From positions 426,303 through 490,302 of the forward strand of contig CP011215.1 of assembly GCA_001029775.1 (NCBI GenBank): a stretch of DNA of 64,000 nucleotides. The letters are read 5' to 3'. Below are positions 56,963 to 64,000 of this stretch, one piece after another (the first letter of the stretch is position 1; every line of letters starts with the position of its first letter). The notes under the pieces are model-generated. The model was not told the DNA's origin. It made no database searches and saw only the letters and a list, made by a program, of their open reading frames with translations. The translations under genes and the position numbers were made by a program. Origin of the DNA: Candidatus Campbellbacteria bacterium GW2011_OD1_34_28 (GTDB lineage: Bacteria; Patescibacteriota; Minisyncoccia; Phycocordibacterales; UBA12079).

Positions 56963-58975
56963 TTAGTTTACGATTTCAAAATCAATCGTCCTTTTTTCCA
57001 AATCAACACCTATCAATTTTATTTTTACTTTGTCGCCCAATGTGTATTTTTTTCCACTGCGTTCTCCAACAATACGATAATTTTTTGGATCAATATTATA
57101 GTGATCATCTTTCAATGTTCTAACACTTACCAATCCTTCGGCTTTTGTTTTTTGATCTTGAACATATACACCCCAATCAACAACGCTGGTTATCATACCT
57201 TCAAACTCTTCTCCAACCAGCTTTGACATATATTCAGCATATTTGTATTTTACAGAATCTCTTTCTGCTTCCATTGCAGAAATTTCTTGTGTGGTAGAAA
57301 TGGCCGACAATTCTTCAAATCGTCCAATTTCTTTTTCGGAAACTTCTTCACCCGCCAAATATCTTTTTAACAAACGATGTACCATTACATCTGGGTATCT
57401 TCGGATAGGGGAAGTAAAGTGTGTATAAAATTTGAAAGCCAAACCATAGTGTCCAATATTTTTTGTGCTGTAAATTGCTTTTGCCATTGATCGAACAACT
57501 ACTTTGGCGATCAGATCTTCTTCATCGGTTCCTCTTATTTCATCCAACAAATCGTTTAAATCTTGTGAATCAACATTTCCGTTTCCGTCTGTCTTCAAAG
57601 AGTATCCAATTTTTTTTAAATACTCTGTAAGCTCTTTTATTGCATCCGGTTTTGGTTTGTCGTGAATTCTATAAACAAAAGGCTTGTTTTTTCCTAGTCT
57701 GTTCACATATTCGGTAACCTCTCTGTTTGCAAGAAGCATAAAATCTTCAATCAATTCGTTTGTTTCCAATGTCTCTTTTTCGTAAATCTCTATAGGAAAA
57801 CCTTTTTCGTCCAATTTAAATTTTACTTCGCTTCCTCCAAAAGATATTGCTCCGTTTTTTGTTCTTCTCTTTCTTTTTATCAAAGCCATTTTGTTCAGGG
57901 TATTCAATTCATTATAAAAAAGACCTTCTCCTTTGTTTAAAATTTCTTGTGCTTCAATATAATTAAATCTTTTATCCGAATTTATGATTGTTTCTCCAAA
58001 CCACCTGTTTAGTACTTCACATTTATCATTCAATATAAAGATAGCCGAAAAAGCCAGCTTGTCTTCGTTTGGATTAAGAGAACACAAATCATTTGAGAGA
58101 ACCTCGGGAAGCATTGGAATTGTTCTGTCCACCAAATAAATAGAAGTGGCTCTTTTTACAGCTTCTTGATCAATTGGACTACCTTCTCTCACATAGTGAG
58201 AAACATCGGCGATGTGTATTCCGACTTCGTATGTTCCGTCTCCCAGATCTTTGAAAGACAATGCATCATCAAAATCTTTGGCGTCAAAAGGGTCAATTGT
58301 AAAAGTTGTTGTGTTCCTAAAATCCCAACTAGAAATTGGTCCATCAGGGCGAGAGATTCTTCTTTTCATTTCTTCTTCAAAATCTGCTTTTGCATTTTTT
58401 TTGATTATTTCTGCTTCTTTCTCAACTTCAGGAGGGAAAGAAGGGACAAATCCTTTTTCATAAATAATAGATTCCATTTCTGTGTTGTGATCTCCTTTTT
58501 CTCCAAGAACTTTTGTTACTTCTCCTTGCAGGTTGATCCAATCTTTTATTTTGACAAGAACTTTTTGATTTGATTTTATATTTTTTGTTTCTTCGTTTGG
58601 AAGAATAAAAATAGCTTTGTATATTTTTCTATCGTCTGGTTGGAAAGAGATTATTCCATTGTCATTTAAAATAGTACCAACAAATTGCTCGCGGTTTCTT
58701 CTGATGATTGATTTTACTGATCCCTTTATACGGCCTTCGCTTTTTTTGTTACTAATAGAAAATTGGACGATATCTCTGTTTAATGCAGTGTTTAAATCGC
58801 TTGTTGGTATTTTGATATCCTCGGCGAACTTTTCTGTTCTAATATATCCGTCCCCCTTGGCACTAATCAAAATTTGACCCTCAAATATTTCTGACGAGAA
58901 TTTTTCTTTTATGTTAGATTTTTTTCTAGGGCGAAAATTTGAATCTTTGTTTCTTTTGTGTTTTTTATTTTTCAT
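56963..58975 (-). CDS. rnr: Ribonuclease R (RNB family 3'-5' exoribonuclease) with basic N-terminus and C-terminal S1 domain
   Basis: RNB domain motifs (DPFDAKDFDDALS, HFTSPIRRYPD) and S1 domain; start placed at MKNKKHK (ORF-track start 58993). Confidence 0.88.
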   Translation of the reverse strand: MKNKKHKRNKDSNFRPRKKSNIKEKFSSEIFEGQILISAKGDGYIRTEKFAEDIKIPTSDLNTALNRDIVQFSISNKKSEGRIKGSVKSIIRRNREQFVGTILNDNGIISFQPDDRKIYKAIFILPNEETKNIKSNQKVLVKIKDWINLQGEVTKVLGEKGDHNTEMESIIYEKGFVPSFPPEVEKEAEIIKKNAKADFEEEMKRRISRPDGPISSWDFRNTTTFTIDPFDAKDFDDALSFKDLGDGTYEVGIHIADVSHYVREGSPIDQEAVKRATSIYLVDRTIPMLPEVLSNDLCSLNPNEDKLAFSAIFILNDKCEVLNRWFGETIINSDKRFNYIEAQEILNKGEGLFYNELNTLNKMALIKRKRRTKNGAISFGGSEVKFKLDEKGFPIEIYEKETLETNELIEDFMLLANREVTEYVNRLGKNKPFVYRIHDKPKPDAIKELTEYLKKIGYSLKTDGNGNVDSQDLNDLLDEIRGTDEEDLIAKVVVRSMAKAIYSTKNIGHYGLAFKFYTHFTSPIRRYPDVMVHRLLKRYLAGEEVSEKEIGRFEELSAISTTQEISAMEAERDSVKYKYAEYMSKLVGEEFEGMITSVVDWGVYVQDQKTKAEGLVSVRTLKDDHYNIDPKNYRIVGERSGKKYTLGDKVKIKLIGVDLEKRTIDFEIVN

Positions 58976-59132
58976 TTTTATAAATAGTAACATTTTTTAT
59001 TATTTTAGGATATTTTAGAAACTTGATAATTTCAATAGGGCAGTATTCTAAGGGCTTGACAAGTAGGTCTATTTTTTGATATGGTTTTTATAGGAAATTC
59101 TTTTCATTTTCAATAACAAAGGAGGTAACGAG

Positions 59133-60197
59133 ATGAAAAAGAGAATTATTCTCTTAGTTTTGTTGGGTCTTTTTTCGGTTTCTACAGCAATGGCGAGTAC
59201 ATTGGTGGTGGAGCAGATTACTCAGCCGTTGAGTGGTCTCGCACCGGAAGGAGCGACGAGGATCCCTTTCTCAAAAGTGCGTTTTCGTGCACAGGACGGC
59301 AAGGTCGCCCTTTATGGCGTCTATGTTGAGAAAACGGGAATGGCCGGACAGGTCTTCTCTGGAGTTGCATTACTTCGTAATGGGGTTCAAATGGGAACGA
59401 CCGTCACCAGTTTTGGTGCGGACAATCGGGCAATGTTAATGGCAGATTCACCGTTTGAAATCGCCGACGGTTCCTCTTACGACTTAACTGTCGTGGGGAA
59501 TATGCGCGACGATTTGTCGGGAGATGATGGTAAAACCATCGGTATTGCCATCGTCGGTGTCTGGACGACAGCGACTGTGCAGGGTTTTGTTCTAATCGAA
59601 GGAACTCACCGGACGGCGAGTTCCGACTATGTCATTGGCGCTGTCAACGCAACAGCTGGTGAGGACAATCCGTCAGCTGGATCAACTGCTTACCCCGGAG
59701 AGACAAAAATTTTCTCTTCGGTAAGTTTGATCGCTTCGTCCGTTGAGGACGAGGTTCTCAAATCAGTGATGGTGAAGGCGTCGGGGAACGCAACCAAAAG
59801 TGATTACAACAGTGTGGTGCTTTTGGTCGGTGGGACAAACTATCCGATGACTGTTTTGCCGGACGGCAGGTACTACGCAGGCGGGATCAATAAAACCATC
59901 ACGAACACCGCTAAAACGAAAGTATCGATTTCTGCAAATGTGGTCGGAGGCGTTGGTAAAACAATCGCCTTTGATATCGTAGAATCAACTGATGTTGAAT
60001 TGGCCGGTGCAATTACCGGATTCGGTACAACGCCGATCGGATCAGGACCTTCGTTCGGTTCGTTCCCTTGGTTCAAGGGAACGACGACGAGCATCGTTCA
60101 GGCACCAACACCGCCTCCTCCTTTACCACCACCGACTGCGAAACAACGCAAGGCGGCAGCAATGACGGCCATTCGGTCGCTGTTGCAGGACAAGTAG
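59133..60197 (+). CDS. Secreted hypothetical protein (354 aa; signal peptide, two related beta-rich domains, PTPPPPLPPPT C-terminal linker) in ~55% GC cassette with AAGGAGGT SD and 20-bp hairpin terminator
   Basis: SD 59119..59126; signal peptide MKKRIILLVLLGLFSVSTAMAS; terminator AAGAGCAGATTTTGTGCG..CGCACAAAATCTGCTCTT at 60201..60246. Confidence 0.65.
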   Translation: MKKRIILLVLLGLFSVSTAMASTLVVEQITQPLSGLAPEGATRIPFSKVRFRAQDGKVALYGVYVEKTGMAGQVFSGVALLRNGVQMGTTVTSFGADNRAMLMADSPFEIADGSSYDLTVVGNMRDDLSGDDGKTIGIAIVGVWTTATVQGFVLIEGTHRTASSDYVIGAVNATAGEDNPSAGSTAYPGETKIFSSVSLIASSVEDEVLKSVMVKASGNATKSDYNSVVLLVGGTNYPMTVLPDGRYYAGGINKTITNTAKTKVSISANVVGGVGKTIAFDIVESTDVELAGAITGFGTTPIGSGPSFGSFPWFKGTTTSIVQAPTPPPPLPPPTAKQRKAAAMTAIRSLLQDK

Positions 60198-60310
60198 CAA
60201 AGAGCAGATTTTGTGCGTACGCGCACAAAATCTGCTCTTTTTTGTTTGTTAAAAATACTTTAAACAAAAAAAAGTAATGTGGATAACTTGTTTTGTAATG
60301 TGTCTTCTAG

Positions 60311-60346
60311 TGGTATATAATGTATGACAAGTGGGAAGTAGTGGGA
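60311..60346 (+). promoter_or_regulatory. mraZ promoter (extended -10 TGGTATATAAT) with downstream MraZ-box direct repeats GTGGGAAGTAGTGGGAC
   Basis: Two GTGGG repeats at 10-bp periodicity at 60331..60346 plus GTGG half-sites upstream, consistent with known MraZ operator architecture. Confidence 0.5.
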
Positions 60347-60373
60347 CAATTATAAAAATAACTTTATAAAACA

Positions 60374-60808
60374 ATGTTGATTGGCGAATACACACACTCA
60401 ATAGATCCAAAAAAAAGGGTGTCTTTGCCTGCAAAATTTCGTAAAGAAGTTGGAAAGAAAGTAATAATGACTCACGGCTTGGATAATTGTTTGTCCATTT
60501 ACACACTTAAAGAGTGGGAAAAAATTTCTGAAAAATTGTCTGGTTTATCTATGGGGCAAGCTGATCAAAGAAGTTTTAACCGTTTTATGTTGGCGGGTGC
60601 GGTAGAAACGGAGGTTGATTCTGTTGGTAGAATTTTGATCCCTGATTTTTTGAAAGATTACGCAAAGTTAAAAACAAAAGTTGTTTTGACTGGGGTTTAC
60701 AATCATATAGAAATTTGGGATGAGAAGATGTGGAGAATTTACAAACAGAAAATTGAAAATCAGGCTGACGCATTGGCTGAAAAATTGGGAGAGATAGGGG
60801 TCATTTAA
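60374..60808 (+). CDS. mraZ: Transcriptional regulator MraZ
   Basis: Duplicated DxxxR-type halves (SIDPKKRVSLPAKFR; VDSVGRILIPDFL). Confidence 0.92.
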   Translation: MLIGEYTHSIDPKKRVSLPAKFRKEVGKKVIMTHGLDNCLSIYTLKEWEKISEKLSGLSMGQADQRSFNRFMLAGAVETEVDSVGRILIPDFLKDYAKLKTKVVLTGVYNHIEIWDEKMWRIYKQKIENQADALAEKLGEIGVI

Positions 60809-60954
60809 AAACTAAAAGTTTTTAAATGACAATGTCAAATTCCCAATTTCTAATTTCCAATAAAAGTGAAAATAATCAAATTAAACAAAATGATATTTTA
60901 GAAATTAGAAATTAGAAATTAGGAATTAAAACTTTGTTAAACAAATAAACAGGA

Positions 60955-61896
60955 ATGACGAACAAAAATTCAGAAATAAAGAAAAAAGTTGAAACAAAGC
61001 ACATACCTGTTCTTTTAAATGAAGTTATAGAGGGTTTAAATCTTCACAAAGGAGATGCTGTTTTTGACGGGACTTTGGGCGGAGGAGGATATTTTGGAAA
61101 ACTTTGCGAAGTTGTTGGTCCAGAGGGAACAGCAATCGCTGTTGATCAAGATTTAGGGGCAATCAAAAGAGTGGAAGAAAAAAGCGATTTTAGATGTCAA
61201 ACACACTTGATAAATGAAAATTTTAGAAATTTGGACAAAGTTTTGATATCTCTAAACCAAAAGCAGGTACAAGGCGTCGTCTTTGATTTGGGATTAAGTT
61301 CGGATCAATTTGAAATATCGGGTAGAGGATTTTCTTTCAAAAAAAATGAACCATTACTGATGACTTTCAGTGAAAAACCAAACGAAGCGAGATTTACAGC
61401 AAGAGATATTGTAAATACTTGGGATGAAGAAAATATCGCCGATATCTTATACGGATATGGAGAAGAAATGTTTTCAAGAAGGGTAGCAAAAAAAATTGTT
61501 GAAGCGAGAGAAATTAAACCCATAAATACTACGGACGATTTGGTTTCGGTTATAGAATCTGCATTTCCGGTTTGGTATAGAAAGACCAGAAAGACACATT
61601 TCGCGACAAAAACTTTTCAAGCCTTGAGAATAACGGTAAATGATGAAATAGAATCTTTGAAAGATGGTTTACAAAAAGGTTTTCATTCTCTTTCAGAAGG
61701 CGGAAGAATGGCGGTCATTTCTTTTCATAGTTTGGAAGACAGAATCGTAAAAAATTTTATGAAAGAAAAACAACTTGCGAATGAAGGAGAGATCAAAACC
61801 AAAAAACCAATTACACCGACTGATGAAGAAATAAAAAATAACCCAAGATCAAGAAGTGCAAAATTGAGAATAATAGAAAAAATTAATAATCAATAA
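60955..61896 (+). CDS. rsmH: 16S rRNA (cytosine1402-N4)-methyltransferase RsmH
   Basis: HIPVLLNEVIEGL, DGTLGGGGY, QALRITVNDE motifs. Confidence 0.93.
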   Translation: MTNKNSEIKKKVETKHIPVLLNEVIEGLNLHKGDAVFDGTLGGGGYFGKLCEVVGPEGTAIAVDQDLGAIKRVEEKSDFRCQTHLINENFRNLDKVLISLNQKQVQGVVFDLGLSSDQFEISGRGFSFKKNEPLLMTFSEKPNEARFTARDIVNTWDEENIADILYGYGEEMFSRRVAKKIVEAREIKPINTTDDLVSVIESAFPVWYRKTRKTHFATKTFQALRITVNDEIESLKDGLQKGFHSLSEGGRMAVISFHSLEDRIVKNFMKEKQLANEGEIKTKKPITPTDEEIKNNPRSRSAKLRIIEKINNQ

Positions 61897-61932
61897 ATGT
61901 AAGACATCGGATGTCTTACATAAGAAATAAAA

Positions 61933-62256
61933 ATGAATAAAATAATAGGAAAAATTAATAGAGGATATTTTGAAAAGACCATTTTTTGGAGTTTGGTTGT
62001 TCCTACTGTTATTCTTTCTATTTTTTATGCTTACTTTGTAAAACAAACAATCATTAATATTGTTGAAAGAGAAAATTTTGAAGATGAAATTGTTGTTTTG
62101 AATTCGGAAATTGGTAAACTGGAATTTGATTATATTGCATTAAAGAATGAAGTAAATATTGACTATGCTCACTCAATTGGTTTTGTTAATGTTCGTGAAA
62201 TGAAATTTGCTTCAAGAGCCATCCCGACAAAAAACTTGTCTTTGGTAAGGGAATAA
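61933..62256 (+). CDS. ftsL: Cell division protein FtsL-like (single TM, coiled-coil)
   Basis: Position between rsmH and ftsI, TM FWSLVVPTVILSIFYAYFV. Confidence 0.6.
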   Translation: MNKIIGKINRGYFEKTIFWSLVVPTVILSIFYAYFVKQTIINIVERENFEDEIVVLNSEIGKLEFDYIALKNEVNIDYAHSIGFVNVREMKFASRAIPTKNLSLVRE

Positions 62257-62345
62257 GTCATCGAAGTCTGTAAGGTTTACAAAGCGTGCCCACACACCCA
62301 AGTTTTTATAAAAACTTGGGTGTGTGGGTCTATAAAATTTGATTT

Positions 62346-64000
62346 ATGAAATTTCCTAAAATATCAATATCAAGAATAAATTTATTGTCTGGGTTGGTTT
62401 CGTTGACAGCTTTTATTTTAGTTTGTCAGCTTTTTAATTTACAAATAGTAAAGGGAGAGTCTTATAGCGAGCAGGCAGATAGACAATACACCGCTCCTAA
62501 TCACTCTGTTTTTAGTAGGGGTACTATTTATTTCAAAGATAAAACAGGACAGCTTGTCTCAGCGGCTACTTTGCAAACAGGTTTCATCTTGGCTATAAAT
62601 CCTAAAAATATTGAAGATTCAAAAATGGTTTATGAAAAAATATCCGAGATTGTCGATATTGATGCTGTTACATTTTTTAACAAAGCCAACAAAAAAGATG
62701 ATCCGTATGAAGAAATAATTTTAAAATTGGATAAAGAGACCGCTGATAAAATATCAGCACTTGATTTAGAAGGTGTTGGTTTGTACAAACAGAGATGGAG
62801 ATTTTATCCAGGAAAAAATTTGTCAGCACATTCACTCGGGTTTATTGGGTTTAGCGGTGACGAAAATAGTGTAGAAGGGCTTTACGGTTTGGAAAAATAT
62901 TACAACGATTCTTTAAAAAGAAAAAACGAAGATTTGTATGTAAATTTTTTTGCCGAAGTTTTTTCTAGTGTAGGGGATTCTTTTTCAAAGATAAGAAAAG
63001 AAGGAGATATTATTTTAGGAATTGATCCATCCGCTCAGTTATTTCTTGAGTCTGAATTACAAAAAATATCCGATGAGTGGGGAATTGAATCAGGAGCTGG
63101 AATAATAATGGATCCAAAGACTGGAAAAATTTATTCTTTGGCTGTTTATCCGAATTTTGATTTAAATAATTTTAAAAATGAAGATATTACTACATTTAGT
63201 AATCCTTTTGTGGAAAATGTTTTTGAAATGGGTTCAATTATAAAACCATTAACTATGGCAATTGGTTTGGACACAGGGGCGGTTACTGCCGATACTACTT
63301 ATGATGACAAAGGTTTTTTGATTATGGATAAAGCAAGAATTTCAAATTATGACGGAAAAGCGAGGGGAGTTGTTCCTATGCAAGAAGTTTTGAATCAATC
63401 TTTAAATACTGGAGTGGCTTTTGTTGTAGACAAGGTAGGTCATAAAAAGTTTGCAGATTATATGTTCAAGTTGGGGTTGGGAGAAGAGACTGGAATTGAT
63501 TTGCCAAATGAAACATATGGTTTGGTAGACAATTTGAATAGTACTCGTGATATAGAATATGCCACGGCTTCTTTTGGTCAGGGGATTGCTTTAACTCCGA
63601 TCGAAACTGTTCGTGCGTTGGCCACTTTGGCAAACGGTGGGGTGTTGGTTACTCCTCATTTTGCGACAGACATAAAATATAGAACTGGTATCACCAGAGA
63701 ATTGATTTATGAACCGGGAGAGAGGATTTTTAAAGAAAATACATCGGATGAAATAACAAGAATGTTGGTAAAAGTAGTTGATGACGCGCTAGTTGGCGGA
63801 ACTTTAAAATTGGAAAATTATAGTATCGCTGCCAAGACAGGAACCGCTCAAATCGCAAAAGAAGATGGTAGAGGATACTATGATGATAGATATTTACACA
63901 GTTTTTTTGGGTACTTTCCAGCTTATGATCCAGAATTTATAGTTTTCTTCTATATTGTAAATCCTCGAGAAGTAAAGTATGCTTCTCAGACACTGACGGA
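62346..64000 (+). CDS. ftsI: Penicillin-binding protein (FtsI/PBP2-type transpeptidase), 3' end outside window
   Basis: N-terminal TM, dimerisation domain, SxxK-region context; ORF open to window end; not in ORF track because no stop. Confidence 0.85.
   Translation, partial: MKFPKISISRINLLSGLVSLTAFILVCQLFNLQIVKGESYSEQADRQYTAPNHSVFSRGTIYFKDKTGQLVSAATLQTGFILAINPKNIEDSKMVYEKISEIVDIDAVTFFNKANKKDDPYEEIILKLDKETADKISALDLEGVGLYKQRWRFYPGKNLSAHSLGFIGFSGDENSVEGLYGLEKYYNDSLKRKNEDLYVNFFAEVFSSVGDSFSKIRKEGDIILGIDPSAQLFLESELQKISDEWGIESGAGIIMDPKTGKIYSLAVYPNFDLNNFKNEDITTFSNPFVENVFEMGSIIKPLTMAIGLDTGAVTADTTYDDKGFLIMDKARISNYDGKARGVVPMQEVLNQSLNTGVAFVVDKVGHKKFADYMFKLGLGEETGIDLPNETYGLVDNLNSTRDIEYATASFGQGIALTPIETVRALATLANGGVLVTPHFATDIKYRTGITRELIYEPGERIFKENTSDEITRMLVKVVDDALVGGTLKLENYSIAAKTGTAQIAKEDGRGYYDDRYLHSFFGYFPAYDPEFIVFFYIVNPREVKYASQTLT

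Overview
This reads like a 64 kb segment of a small, AT-rich (roughly one-third GC) bacterial genome using the standard genetic code. The style resembles Patescibacteria/CPR, but that is inference from composition and gene content, not from any search.

Most of the window is conserved housekeeping synteny:
- rpoC C-terminus, then a dnaG-rpoD pair 5 bp apart (the classic macromolecular-synthesis operon), here with rpoC upstream.
- thrS preceded by a T-box leader, then miaA.
- A HlyD-family adaptor plus ABC ATPase plus FtsX-like permease.
- A compact alaS.
- An infA-rpmJ-rpsM-rpsK-rpsD-rpoA-rplQ block followed by rplM-rpsI.
- grpE-dnaK-dnaJ, then plsC-like and trpS.
- MFS transporter, RNase J, an OppA-like binding protein, secG, topA, an SMC-family ATPase, RNase R, and mraZ-rsmH-ftsL-ftsI.
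- Almost none of these core genes has a Shine-Dalgarno sequence; several look leaderless, with ATG 5-12 nt after a TATAAT/TATACT box.

Features that stand out against this background:
1. A 9.9 kb gene encodes a 3300-aa membrane-anchored fibre. It has about 24 periodic GNVGIGTTSPxxKLSV modules, Hep_Hag-like NTAxGxxSL repeats, an internal S74-type intramolecular-chaperone autoproteolysis motif (SERFK), and an Ig-like domain. Next to it are a sortase and an Ig-repeat surface protein ending in an IPYTG-type sorting signal.
2. At least five copies of a 75-160 bp palindromic MITE-like element (termini ATTCCAAAATT...AATTTTGGAAT) sit immediately after stop codons. Two carry a central CCTGCCTGCCGGCAGGCAGG palindrome.
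3. Two tandem, independently promoted and terminated structured small RNAs of about 110 nt lie upstream of alaS. Their variable hairpins differ by compensatory changes.
4. About twelve small self-contained cassettes occupy intergenic gaps. Each has a TTGACA-type promoter, a strong GGAGG Shine-Dalgarno sequence, a CDS and a hairpin terminator. Several are sharply GC-rich (55-60%) compared with the host. The largest block is 52760-54410, between topA and smc. All the encoded proteins are unrecognisable to me.
5. Smaller signals: a non-coding region between secG and topA with TAAAGT tandem repeats, a 38-codon micro-ORF and four stacked hairpins; recurrent AGTAAGT/GTAGAAAG microrepeats before start codons; and MraZ-box direct repeats upstream of mraZ.

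No rRNA, tRNA or CRISPR array was seen.
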